Shown here piece after piece: positions 1 to 8,649 of a DNA stretch of 32,000 nucleotides (position 1 is the first letter of the stretch; the number at the start of each line of letters is the position of its first letter). The translations under genes and the position numbers were made by a program. Source of the stretch: Copranaerobaculum intestinale (GTDB lineage: Bacteria; Bacillota_I; Bacilli_A; Erysipelotrichales; Erysipelotrichaceae); NCBI RefSeq assembly GCF_009831105.1, contig NZ_WUUQ01000003.1:30001-62000 (forward strand), in the 5' to 3' direction. The notes under the pieces were generated by a model. The model did not search any database, had not been told where the DNA came from, and worked only from the letters and a program-made list of their open reading frames with translations.

Positions 1-540
1 AATACGCTGAATCAGGTAACCAATGACCCTGCCCGCATGTCGGTAACGCTGAATAAAGATAATGACACCATGCAGACAATTGCAAAGAGCGGACGCTTTG
101 CGGCGATCGTGTTAAGTGAATCGACAAATATGGAGCTCATTAAAACATTTGGTTTTCAATCTTCTAAGGATACGGATAAATTTTCAGGATACGATACCAA
201 GATGGATGAACTAGGTTCACCATACATCACTGATCATGCAACAGCAAGATTCACTTGCAAAGTTGTGAATCAGATTGATTTGGGAACACACGTTATGTTT
301 ATCGGTGAAGTGGAAAGTGCAGAGGTACTCAGCGAAGAGCCGGTCATGACGTATGCGTATTATCATCAGGTGAAGAATGGTGCGACACCGAAGAATGCCC
401 CAAGCTATCAAAAGGAAACAAAGAAGGTCGGTTGGCGCTGTACGATCTGCGGTTATATCTACGATGGTGATCCGCTTCCTGAGGATTATATCTGTCCGCT
501 GTGCGGTGCTCCGGCAAGCGCATTCGAAAAATTATCATAA
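1..540 (+). CDS. Flavin-reductase-like domain fused to a C-terminal rubredoxin (Hrb-like flavoprotein); 5' end outside the window
   Basis: The frame is open from nt 1, with no stop before the listed Met at 37. The C-terminus [13 protein letters not shown]...YICPLCGAP carries the two CxxC pairs of a rubredoxin. The upstream part resembles an FMN-binding split-barrel flavin reductase. Composition is host-like and AT-rich. Confidence 0.75.
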   Translation, partial: NTLNQVTNDPARMSVTLNKDNDTMQTIAKSGRFAAIVLSESTNMELIKTFGFQSSKDTDKFSGYDTKMDELGSPYITDHATARFTCKVVNQIDLGTHVMFIGEVESAEVLSEEPVMTYAYYHQVKNGATPKNAPSYQKETKKVGWRCTICGYIYDGDPLPEDYICPLCGAPASAFEKLS

Positions 541-565
541 ATACTGGCAACGCCAGTATTTTTTA
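541..565 (+). terminator. Rho-independent terminator
   Basis: Stem ATACTGGC (541-548) pairs with GCCAGTAT (552-559) around a 3-nt loop, followed by a T-run immediately after the stop codon. Confidence 0.8.
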
Positions 566-649
566 CAATCGAATTATATGAAGCTAGATCATGAATGTAT
601 ATAAAATGGGGAATAAGAAGTGATTTCTAACCATTAAGAACAAAAATTA

Positions 650-678
650 TTGACACCACTATAAAAAACCTTTAAAAT
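650..678 (+). promoter_or_regulatory. Sigma-A-type promoter of the rplM-rpsI operon
   Basis: TTGACA at 650-655, a 17-nt spacer, then TAAAAT at 673-678, about 60 nt upstream of the rplM ATG. Confidence 0.6.
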
Positions 679-683
679 ATTAA

Positions 684-719
684 AAGGCACGTTTATGCCT
701 TTGTAGCCCCGGAAACTAC
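684..719 (+). promoter_or_regulatory. Structured 5' leader of rplM (possible L13-type ribosomal-protein autoregulatory leader)
   Basis: Two small hairpins lie between the promoter and RBS: AAGGCA/TGCCTT (684-701) and GTAG/CTAC (703-719). Firmicutes rplM operons are known to carry an L13 leader. I cannot test covariation here. Confidence 0.3.
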
Positions 720-738
720 ATTGGAAAGGAAAAAGATT

Positions 739-1176
739 ATGCGCCAGACTACTTTTATAAAACCTGCTGAAGTACAGCGTACTTGGTACGTTGTTGATGG
801 AGCAGGAAAAAACTTAGGTCGTATTGCTACAGAAGTAGCATCGGTTTTACGTGGTAAAAACAAACCGACATATACACCGAACGTCGACTGTGGAGATTAT
901 GTTATCATTTTAAATGCTGACAAAATTGAACTGACAGGAAACAAATTTGAGAATAAAAAATATTATTCACACTCTATGTATCCAGGCGGACTGCGTGTTC
1001 GTACAGCACGCACTATGAAGGACAAATATACGGTTGAATGGGTTGAAAAAGCTGTTTACGGTATGCTTCCTCATACAAGACTTGGAAATGTACAGCGTAG
1101 ACATCTGTTTGTTTATACAGGTACAGAGCATCCGCATGCAGCACAGAAACCAGTTGAACTGGTTATCAAAGGTTAG
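739..1176 (+). CDS. rplM: 50S ribosomal protein L13
   Basis: MRQTTFIKPAEVQRTWYVVDGAGKNLGRIATEVASVLRGKNKPTYTPN... is a textbook L13 N-terminus. ATG 739 follows GGAAAGGA. The track's TTG at 721 is an upstream extension. Confidence 0.97.
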   Translation: MRQTTFIKPAEVQRTWYVVDGAGKNLGRIATEVASVLRGKNKPTYTPNVDCGDYVIILNADKIELTGNKFENKKYYSHSMYPGGLRVRTARTMKDKYTVEWVEKAVYGMLPHTRLGNVQRRHLFVYTGTEHPHAAQKPVELVIKG

Positions 1177-1188
1177 GAGGAATAAGAG

Positions 1189-1593
1189 ATGGCAGCTAAG
1201 AAAAATACAGTTACTTACAACGGCACAGGTCGCCGTAAAACATCAGTTGCTCGTGTCTTTATGACTCCGGGTAAAGGAAATATCGTTGTAAACGGTAAAA
1301 CACTTGAAGAATACTTACCACTGGAAACTCTGCGTATGGTTGTTCGTTCACCGCTTGAACTGACCGAAACTCTTGGCCAGTTTGACATTAAGATTAATGT
1401 CCAGGGCGGAGGATACACCGGACAGGCAGGTGCGATGCGCCATGGTATCACAAGAGCATTGATGGAAGCAAGCGCTGATTACCGTCCTGCGTTGAAAGCA
1501 GCTGGATTCGTTACCAGAGATCCACGTGCGAAAGAGCGTAAAAAGTACGGTCTCAAAGCAGCTCGTCGCGCTCCGCAGTTCAGCAAGCGATAA
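1189..1593 (+). CDS. rpsI: 30S ribosomal protein S9
   Basis: [12 protein letters not shown]...[19 protein letters not shown]...[25 protein letters not shown] is canonical S9. AGGAGG lies upstream and the gene follows rplM directly. Confidence 0.97.
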   Translation: MAAKKNTVTYNGTGRRKTSVARVFMTPGKGNIVVNGKTLEEYLPLETLRMVVRSPLELTETLGQFDIKINVQGGGYTGQAGAMRHGITRALMEASADYRPALKAAGFVTRDPRAKERKKYGLKAARRAPQFSKR

Positions 1594-1628
1594 TCGACTG
1601 CTCAGACTATATCAAAATGGTTCAAAAA

Positions 1629-1661
1629 CCCCGGAAAATCAAGGTTTTCCGGGGTTTTCTT
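1629..1661 (+). terminator. Rho-independent terminator of rplM-rpsI
   Basis: CCCCGGAAAA (1629-1638) pairs with TTTTCCGGGG (1645-1654) and is followed by TTTTCTT. Confidence 0.85.
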
Positions 1662-1699
1662 ATACCTAAATGGGCTGATATGGTTTGACCAAATTTGAC

Positions 1700-1815
1700 A
1701 AAACGAGAGCCGTTTTCACCCAATTTTTAGTGGTCCGCAAGTGGTTAACCGGCCAAAAAGGGGGTAAAAAGAGGGTCAAGTGGTTCCCAAAGTGGTTAAC
1801 CGAGAGCCGATTTGG
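1700..1815 (+). repeat. Cluster of iterated short motifs at the element's left end (candidate recombinase/RDF or partition-protein binding array)
   Basis: AGTGGT(T/C) occurs four times, starting at 1729, 1740, 1779 and 1791. The 8-bp palindrome GGTTAACC occurs twice (1743-1750, 1794-1801). GAGAGCCG(T/A)TTT occurs twice (about 1705 and about 1802). The ORF called here (1685-1888) has no RBS and looks non-coding. Confidence 0.45.
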
Positions 1816-1990
1816 GGGGTGTTTTGGGGGCGCTTTTCAGCCCTCCTTCCCCTCGTTTTTTTGGCTGTGGCAGTTTGGCATAGTTTGAGCTAATTTGAAT
1901 AATTGAATATGAATTTGATGTAGCACACAGATCACATAAATGACTGGGTGCTTTTTTCATTTCAGGAACTCGTATTCCGGCGATAGAAAG

Positions 1991-2030
1991 AGCCGTCACT
2001 TCACTTTTTATTTTGGAGTGGCGGCTTTTT
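1991..2030 (+). terminator. Terminator-like hairpin upstream of parA
   Basis: AGCCGTCACT (1991-2000) pairs with AGTGGCGGCT (2017-2026), with one G-U pair, followed by TTTT at 2027-2030. It sits 46 nt before the parA ATG. Confidence 0.4.
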
Positions 2031-2075
2031 CTATTTCCAGAAGCAACAGCAACAATTAGAAATGAGGTGAAGTTA

Positions 2076-2897
2076 ATGAACACGCAAATCATTGCCATTG
2101 CCAACCAGAAAGGCGGCGTTGGCAAGACAACGACCTGTGCCAACTTGGGAATCGGGCTGGCGCAGGCCGGAAAGAAAGTCCTGCTGATCGACGGGGACCC
2201 GCAAGGGAGCCTGACAATCAGCCTGGGCCATCCCCAGCCGGACAAGCTGCCCTTTACGCTGTCGGACGCTATGGGGCGTATCCTGATGGATGAGCCGCTT
2301 CGTCCCGGCGAGGGTATCCTGCACCACCCAGAGGGTGTAGACCTGATGCCTGCGGACATCCAGTTATCCGGTATGGAAGTATCCCTGGTAAACGCCATGA
2401 GTCGCGAGACTATCTTGCGGCAATATCTGGACACGCTGAAGGGGCAATACTCCCATATCCTCATCGACTGCCAGCCCTCCCTGGGTATGCTCACAGTCAA
2501 TGCGCTGGCCGCTGCGAACAGGATCATCATTCCCGTTCAGGCGGAGTATCTGCCCGCCAAAGGGCTGGAACAGCTGCTCTCCACGGTAAACAAGGTAAAG
2601 CGGCAGATCAACCCCAAGCTCCAGATAGACGGTATCCTGCTGACGATGGTGGATAGCCGAACCAACTTTGCCAAAGAGATCTCCGCGCTCCTGCGTGAGA
2701 CCTATGGCAGCAAGATCAAAGTATTCGGCACAGAGATTCCCCACTCTGTCCGGGCTAAGGAAATTAGCGCTGAGGGAAAAAGTATTTTTGCCCATGATCC
2801 CGGTGGCAAGGTGGCAGAGGGGTATCGAAATCTGATGAAGGAGGTGTTGAAACTTGAAAAGCAGCGCGAAAAAAATAGAGCTGGTCTCGGTAGATGA
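2076..2897 (+). CDS. parA: ParA/Soj-family partition ATPase
   Basis: MNTQIIAIANQKGGVGKTTT is the deviant Walker A, and ILIDCQPSLG is Walker B-like. ATG 2076 follows GAGGTGA. The track's start at 2013 is an extension running through the hairpin. Confidence 0.92.
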   Translation: MNTQIIAIANQKGGVGKTTTCANLGIGLAQAGKKVLLIDGDPQGSLTISLGHPQPDKLPFTLSDAMGRILMDEPLRPGEGILHHPEGVDLMPADIQLSGMEVSLVNAMSRETILRQYLDTLKGQYSHILIDCQPSLGMLTVNALAAANRIIIPVQAEYLPAKGLEQLLSTVNKVKRQINPKLQIDGILLTMVDSRTNFAKEISALLRETYGSKIKVFGTEIPHSVRAKEISAEGKSIFAHDPGGKVAEGYRNLMKEVLKLEKQREKNRAGLGR

Positions 2898-3780
2898 TCT
2901 GTTCTCCACCGAAGAAGTCCGTCAGGATGCAAAGCTGGAAAAGATTCAGGAGATTCCGCTGTCTGAACTGCATCCCTTTAAGAACCACCCATTCAAAGTC
3001 AAGGATGACGAAGCCATGATGGAGACCGCTGACAGTATCAAGCAGTATGGCGTTCTGGTTCCGGCGATTGCTCGACCGGACCCGGAGGGCGGTTATGAGC
3101 TGGTAGCCGGACACAGGCGGCACAGAGCCAGTGAGCTGGCAGACAAGGAGACCATGCCGGTCATTGTTCGGGATTTGGATGATGATGCCGCCACGATCAT
3201 TATGGTTGACAGCAATCTGCAACGAGAAAGCCTGCTTCCCAGTGAAAGGGCCTTTGCCTATAAGATGAAACTGGATGCCATTAAGCACCAAGGAGCCAGG
3301 ACGGATTTAACCTCGGCCCAAGTTGGGCCGAAGTTGACTGCGGCAGAAAAAATCGCGGAGAACAGTCCAGATAGCAAATCACAGATTAAAAGATTTATCC
3401 GTCTGACCGAGCTGATTCCCGAACTGCTGGACATGGTGGATGAAAAGAAAATTGCCTTAAATCCTGCTTATGAGCTGTCCTTCCTCAAAAAAGAGGAACA
3501 GAGAGATTTGCTGGATGCAATGGACAGCGAACAGGCTACCCCTTCTCTTTCTCAAGCCCAGCGGCTCAAGAAATACAGTCAGGAGGGGCATCTGACCCTC
3601 GATATGATGCGTGTCATCATGGGTGAGGAAAAGAAAAGCGATCTGGACCGAGTGACATTTACCTCTGACACCTTGCGGAAGTATTTCCCTAAAAGCTATA
3701 CGCCCCAGCGGATGCAGGACACTATCATCAAGCTGCTGGAGGCATGGCAGAAAAAGCGTCAGAGAGACCAGGAACGATGA
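2854..3780 (+). CDS. parB: ParB/Spo0J-like nuclease-domain partition protein
   Basis: HPFKVKDDEAMMETADSIKQYGVLVPAIARP...GYELVAGHRRHRAS is a ParB N-terminal domain. TTG start is 9 nt after AAGGAGG. It overlaps the parA 3' end. Confidence 0.88.
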   Translation: MKSSAKKIELVSVDDLFSTEEVRQDAKLEKIQEIPLSELHPFKNHPFKVKDDEAMMETADSIKQYGVLVPAIARPDPEGGYELVAGHRRHRASELADKETMPVIVRDLDDDAATIIMVDSNLQRESLLPSERAFAYKMKLDAIKHQGARTDLTSAQVGPKLTAAEKIAENSPDSKSQIKRFIRLTELIPELLDMVDEKKIALNPAYELSFLKKEEQRDLLDAMDSEQATPSLSQAQRLKKYSQEGHLTLDMMRVIMGEEKKSDLDRVTFTSDTLRKYFPKSYTPQRMQDTIIKLLEAWQKKRQRDQER

Positions 3781-3792
3781 AAGGAGCCGCCT

Positions 3793-4071
3793 ATGAGGGA
3801 TATTTCAGCCCGTGAGCTGAAAGGACATAACATTCTTGCCGTAGAGAGGTTTTGGGATAACACCCGCTGGATGATTGAGTTTTCCGTCCTGCGTCCCAGC
3901 ACAGCTTACGGTAGCCCCGGAGAGGAAATACGACTGTTTTTGACTGAGGACGGGTATCGGGCCGCCCTGCAAAGCCAGCAGCGTCGGGAGATCAAGATCA
4001 AGCGTTACGCTCGTGTGATTGAGGGACATATCCTCGATTTCAAACCGGGAAAACACCGCCGCCACTCATAA
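3793..4071 (+). CDS. Small conserved ICE protein, paralogue A (unknown function)
   Basis: RBS AAGGAG upstream. It shares VERFxxxTRxMIxFxVL...RLFLTExGY...IKI...GH with the product of 5641-5952. Confidence 0.7.
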   Translation: MRDISARELKGHNILAVERFWDNTRWMIEFSVLRPSTAYGSPGEEIRLFLTEDGYRAALQSQQRREIKIKRYARVIEGHILDFKPGKHRRHS

Positions 4072-4103
4072 ACAAATCATTACTGCGAAAGGAAAGGATT
4101 GAA

Positions 4104-4289
4104 ATGTGTACTGTAAAGGAAATCCGGGAAGCAATCCGGGAGGATTGCCATTCCCAGCATGGTATGGAATTTATAGAGATTGACCGTGTTCTGCAAACTC
4201 TGCCATTCTCTCAGGGAAATGACCTGTTGGACAGACCGCCCATTCCCAAGCGCCCCTACCGGCGCAGAAAAAGTGAACAAAACAGCTGA
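4104..4289 (+). CDS. Hypothetical 61-aa protein
   Basis: ATG follows GGAAAGGA. It is the last ORF before a clean terminator. No family recognised. Confidence 0.45.
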   Translation: MCTVKEIREAIREDCHSQHGMEFIEIDRVLQTLPFSQGNDLLDRPPIPKRPYRRRKSEQNS

Positions 4290-4291
4290 CT

Positions 4292-4326
4292 GCCACAATT
4301 CTTTTTACAGGATTGTGGCTTTTTTC
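4292..4326 (+). terminator. Rho-independent terminator ending the parAB module
   Basis: GCCACAAT (4292-4299) pairs with ATTGTGGC (4312-4319), followed by TTTTTT. Confidence 0.8.
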
Positions 4327-4358
4327 ATACCCTGAGAAATTTGGAAGGAGTGAGGTCA

Positions 4359-5237
4359 ATGGCCGTATTTCGCATTGAACGAACCAGAGATTATACCGTG
4401 ATGAGCAATCACCATTTACGCAACGGGAAACTGTCCCTGAAAGCCAAGGGGCTGCTTTCCATGATGCTGTCCTTACCGGAGGACTGGAACTATACCACCA
4501 GAGGGCTTGCCGCCATCTGCAAAGAGGGCGTGGACGCTATCGGCGGCGCGCTGCGGGAGCTGGAAACTGCCGGGTACATTGTCCGCCATCAGCTGCGAGA
4601 CCGGCAGGGTCGGATCAGCGATACCGAGTATGTTATCTACGAGCAACCACAGCCGAAGAACCCGGATACGCCCCAGCCGGATACGGCTTCACCAGATACG
4701 GAAAACCCGGATATGGTAAAACCGGATACGGAAAAGCCCGCAGAATTAAATATAGAGAAATCAAATACAGAAAAAACAATTACTTATGGATCAAGTACCG
4801 ATTCTATTCCCTTCCGGGAGCCAGCGGCAGCACAGCTGCCGGAACGGAAAGGAAGGGATGCGATGTCTGTCTCAGAGATGGAAAGTTATCGGGATTTGAT
4901 TCTGGAGAACATCGAGTATGACCACCTGTGCCGGGAGTTTACCACCTATCGGGAGGACCTGGACGAGATTGTGGAGCTGATGGTGGAGACCGTCTGCGCC
5001 AAGCGGAAAACCACCCGGATCGCTGGCAGCGACTTCCCCCATGAGGTGGTCCGCTCCCGTTTTTTGAAGCTGGATTGCTCCCACATCGAGTTTGTCATGG
5101 AATGCCTGCGGAACAATACCACCGAAATCCGCAACATGAAGCAGTATCTGCTTGCGGTGCTGTTTAATGCGCCGACCACGATCAGCAACCACTACACCGC
5201 ACAAGTTAACCACGATATGTACGCAGGCGGCTGGTAA
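4359..5237 (+). CDS. Winged-HTH replication-initiator-like / ICE maintenance protein (DUF6017-like C-terminus by recollection)
   Basis: MAVFRIERTRDYTVMSNHHLRNGKLSLKAKGLLSMMLSLPEDWNYTTRGLA...ELETAGYIVRHQLRD is the N-terminal HTH typical of phage/ICE replisome-organiser-like proteins. ATG 4359 follows GGAAGGAG. Confidence 0.7.
   Translation: MAVFRIERTRDYTVMSNHHLRNGKLSLKAKGLLSMMLSLPEDWNYTTRGLAAICKEGVDAIGGALRELETAGYIVRHQLRDRQGRISDTEYVIYEQPQPKNPDTPQPDTASPDTENPDMVKPDTEKPAELNIEKSNTEKTITYGSSTDSIPFREPAAAQLPERKGRDAMSVSEMESYRDLILENIEYDHLCREFTTYREDLDEIVELMVETVCAKRKTTRIAGSDFPHEVVRSRFLKLDCSHIEFVMECLRNNTTEIRNMKQYLLAVLFNAPTTISNHYTAQVNHDMYAGGW
4662..4738 (+). repeat. Five tandem 15-nt units (CCGGATACG core) encoding a PDTxx pentapeptide-repeat linker
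   Basis: The encoded sequence is NPDTPQ-PDTAS-PDTEN-PDMVK-PDTEK, between the N- and C-terminal domains of the 4359-5237 product. Confidence 0.85.
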
Positions 5238-5285
5238 ACAGCCGCTTTTCTGCTGCCCGAAAACACCGGGAGAAAGGATTTTGCC

Positions 5286-5648
5286 ATGAAACGACCTCTT
5301 GCCTACATTACGGCTCCCTGGAGCAACAGCCAGTATGAGAACGCCGAGAACGCTGCGGCCTACTGCCGTCAGGTGTACGATGCCGGGTATTCGCCCATCT
5401 GCCCGGTGCTGTTCCTGCCTACCTTCCTCAAAGACGAGATTCCCCAGGAACACAAGGACGGGCTGGATATGGCGCGGGACTACCTGCGCCGGTCCCATGT
5501 GCTGGTGGTCTGCGGCCACGGCATCGACGAGACCGTGAAGAATGACATTGCCACCGCCGAGCGCCTGCGGATCACCGCCACCACCCTGGACGGTATCCTG
5601 GCCGTGAAGGGCCAGGGACGCGGGAAAGGAGGCGCACGCCATGCCTGA
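5286..5648 (+). CDS. Nucleoside 2-deoxyribosyltransferase-like small protein (DUF4406/DUF1937-like; tentative)
   Basis: The pattern AYITAPWS...N...A...GYSPICPVL...D...L..SHVLVVCG...ET.ND resembles this Rossmann-like family. An HMM search is needed. Confidence 0.45.
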   Translation: MKRPLAYITAPWSNSQYENAENAAAYCRQVYDAGYSPICPVLFLPTFLKDEIPQEHKDGLDMARDYLRRSHVLVVCGHGIDETVKNDIATAERLRITATTLDGILAVKGQGRGKGGARHA

Positions 5649-5952
5649 GCGTAAGACCGTGGGCCAGCTGATGGAGGAAATGCGCCTCAAAGCCGGGGCG
5701 CAGAACTACCACGGCCATGAGTACATGGATTTGGAGCGGTTTGCCGAGGACACCCGGCACATGATTATCTTCGATGTGCTGACCGACGATTCCCCGGTGG
5801 ACTGGAAAGGTGAACGAACCCGCCTGTTTCTGACGGAGGCCGGATACCAGAAAAGCCTGGAGAACCAGGAAAAGGGCCACATCAAGATTCTCAGCCATGC
5901 CAAAGTGCGCCAGGGTCATCTGTACTATGAACGCTCCGACCAGCTGCGCTGA
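5641..5952 (+). CDS. Small conserved ICE protein, paralogue B of 3793-4071
   Basis: LERFAEDTRHMIIFDVL...RTRLFLTEAGYQKSLENQEKGHIKIL..AKVRQGHLY aligns colinearly with paralogue A. It overlaps the upstream stop by 8 nt. Confidence 0.7.
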   Translation: MPERKTVGQLMEEMRLKAGAQNYHGHEYMDLERFAEDTRHMIIFDVLTDDSPVDWKGERTRLFLTEAGYQKSLENQEKGHIKILSHAKVRQGHLYYERSDQLR

Positions 5953-6053
5953 AAGGAGCCTGCCATGCTGAAATACCTGCTGCGGCGGCTGGTGGTCCCG
6001 CCTTAGTATCAAGTGCCACCCCTGCAAAATCCGTGGAAAGGAGGCGATGACCT

Positions 6054-6554
6054 ATGCAGGAGGAAGTGGAAAACAGGACTTTGACGCTGGTAGTCAGCGG
6101 AACAAAGTTTACCGGGCGGTTGATGAAAGCCGCCATCACCAAGTACCTTGCCCACCGCAAGGAAAAGAAGCTGCAAAAGCAGAGAAGCCGTGATGCGCCT
6201 GTGAAGCCCCAGGGCAAGCAGACGGTGAAACAGCTGATTGGTCAAAACCAAGGGGTTTCCAACATTGAGATCACCGACCCCTCCATCAAGGAGTTTGAGA
6301 AGATCGCCCGGAAATACGGCGTGGACTATGCGGTGAAGAAGGACCGCAGCAGCTCCCCACCCAAGTACCTGATCTTTTTCAAGGGTCGGGACGCGGATGC
6401 CCTGACCGCTGCTTTTACCGAGTACACCGGGAAAAAGGTCAGGAAGGCGGAGAAATCCGAGCGTCCGTCTGTGTTGGCAAAGTTGAGCCAGTTCAAAGAG
6501 CTGGTGAAACACGCCGTCGTGGACCGGAACAAGCGGAAGGAGCTGGAACGATGA
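6054..6554 (+). CDS. pcfB: PcfB-family (DUF3801) conjugation protein
   Basis: The position immediately upstream of the coupling protein is characteristic. The sequence has TLVVSGTKFTGRLMKAAI...IKEFEKIARKYGVDYAVKKD...YLIFFKGRDADAL. GGAGG lies 9 nt upstream. Confidence 0.7.
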   Translation: MQEEVENRTLTLVVSGTKFTGRLMKAAITKYLAHRKEKKLQKQRSRDAPVKPQGKQTVKQLIGQNQGVSNIEITDPSIKEFEKIARKYGVDYAVKKDRSSSPPKYLIFFKGRDADALTAAFTEYTGKKVRKAEKSERPSVLAKLSQFKELVKHAVVDRNKRKELER

Positions 6555-8074
6555 AAAAGCAGCTGAACATCAAAAAGCTCATTTTGCTGAACCTGCCGTA
6601 TATCCTGATGGGGCTTTTCTCCACCAACTTCGGTGAAGCGTGGCGGATGGCCGTGGGTGCGGACGCTTCGGCAAAAATGCTCTCGTTCTTCTCCACGCTG
6701 CCGGTGGCGCTGACCAGCTGGTGGCCCAGCCTGCACTCGCTGGACCTGCTGGTGGGCCTGTGCTGCGGCGGCGGCCTGCGGCTGGCTGTGTACCTGAAAA
6801 GCAAGAACGCCAAGAAGTACAGGCACGGCATTGAATACGGTTCGGCCTGCTGGGGAACCCGTGAGGATATTGCACCTTACGTTGATCCTGTATTTCAGAA
6901 CAACGTGATTCTGACGAAAACAGAGAGCCTGACAATGAACAGCCGCCCCAAGGACCCCAAGACCGCCAGAAACAAAAATGTGCTGGTGATCGGCGGCTCC
7001 GGTTCCGGTAAGACCCGATTCTGGCTGAAACCCAACCTGATGCAGATGCACAGTTCCTATGTTGTGACGGACCCGAAAGGAACAATTCTTGTGGAGTGCG
7101 GAAAAATGCTCCAGCGGGGCGCACCCAAGCTGGGGAAAGACGGAAAGCCTATGAAGGATAAGCACGGCAAGGTCATTTATGAGCCGTACCGAATCAAGGT
7201 CCTAAATACCATCAACTTCAAGAAGTCCATGCACTATAACCCTTTCGCCTATATCCATAGCGAAAAGGACATCTTGAAGCTGGTAACAACGCTGATCGCT
7301 AATACCAAAGGTGAAGGCAAGGCCGGAGACGATTTCTGGGTAAAAGCAGAAACCTTGTTGTACTGCGCGCTTATTGGCTATATCCATTATGAGGCTCCGG
7401 TGGAGGAACAAAACTTCTCCACCCTCATTGAGTTCATCAACGCCATGGAAGTCCGTGAGGATGACGAGGAGTTCAAAAACCCCGTAGACCTGATGTTTGA
7501 TGCACTGGAAGCCGAGAAGCCAAACCACTTTGCGGTGCGCCAGTATAAGAAATATAAGCTGGCCGCTGGAAAAACAGCCAAGTCGATTTTGATTTCCTGC
7601 GGCGCTCGCCTTGCCGTGTTCGACATTGCAGAGTTGCGTGAGGTCACGGCTTATGATGAGCTGGAGCTGGATACTCTGGGAGACAGGAAAACTGCTCTGT
7701 TCCTCATTATGAGTGATACGGATGACAGCTTTAACTTCCTGATCTCCATGTGTTATACCCAGCTTTTCAATCTGCTCTGCGAAAAAGCCGACGATGTGTA
7801 TGGCGGCAGGCTTCCGGTTCATGTGCGCTGTTTGATTGATGAGTGTGCTAACATCGGGCAGATTCCGAAACTGGAAAAGCTGGTGGCCACCATCCGAAGC
7901 CGTGAGATCTCTGCCTGTCTGGTGTTGCAGGCACAGAGTCAGCTCAAGGCGATCTATAAGGATAACGCAGATACCATCATCGGCAACATGGATACATCCA
8001 TCTTCCTGGGCGGTAAAGAGCCGACTACCCTCAAAGAGTTGGCTGCCGTGCTGGGAAAGGAAACCATCGACACC
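6551..8074 (+). CDS. traG: Type IV coupling protein (VirD4/TraG family), exon 1 (aa 1-508)
   Basis: N-terminal TM helices, Walker A VLVIGGSGSGKTRF and Walker B-like VRCLIDECANIG. The homology ends exactly at ...GKETIDT, where GTGCG begins. ATGA overlap with pcfB. Confidence 0.9.
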
Positions 8075-8649
8075 GTGCGCCCAGATAGGGCGTTGAGCAA
8101 AGTAGTGTAAGGCACTACCCCGTAAGATAACACGGGAAACAACCTGCCTAACCGAAAGGCGAAAGCTGAAACGGGAACACAGCACGGCAGGAAAGCAGTA
8201 AGTCACCTAAAGATAACTTGGTGCGACTGAACTGCAATGTTAAGTGGATATGAGGCTTAAGTTGGGTTTACTGAACGCAAGTTTCTAATTTCTGTTATCG
8301 GTCAGACGGAGGAAAGTATCTGTAACCTCTGGCACACTGGCGATTGGTTATAGGTGTCAATCAATCGGTTATCAAAAACGGTGTGCAATCTGTAGGAGAA
8401 CCTATGGCAAGGAAACGAAAGCGGAGACCGACAATCCACATTTGCCTATGCTCAACGCTAACTGGGGATGCCCTAAACAGGAACGCCAACCGAAGGAGGT
8501 GAAAATTCGGCTATGGCTGTAGAGCCTGAAAATCCTGCATGGGCACGGAACGCCCGTAGTAGTCCGAGAGGGGTAATGACCCTCACATGGCGAAGGGGCG
8601 TAGTTATTGTGTACTAAAAGAAAAGTTGATTAGGGAGGAAAACCTCAAA

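Noticed and set aside
1685-1888. 67-aa + strand ORF in the junction region, and the 244-aa minus ORF at 1796-2530.
   Set aside because: There is no RBS. The peptide is dictated by the repeated GTGGTT and GGGG motifs. The minus ORF is antisense to parA. I treat the region as non-coding att/regulatory DNA.
2013-2075. N-terminal extensions proposed by the ORF track. These are parA from 2013, rplM from 721, the wHTH gene from 4341, the intron ORF from 8587, PrgI from 12194, the 18391 start, topB from 19082, TTRAP from 24821 and tnpV from 25869.
   Set aside because: In each case an internal ATG or TTG sits at proper distance from a Shine-Dalgarno sequence and coincides with where family similarity begins. 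The extensions run through hairpins or upstream genes.
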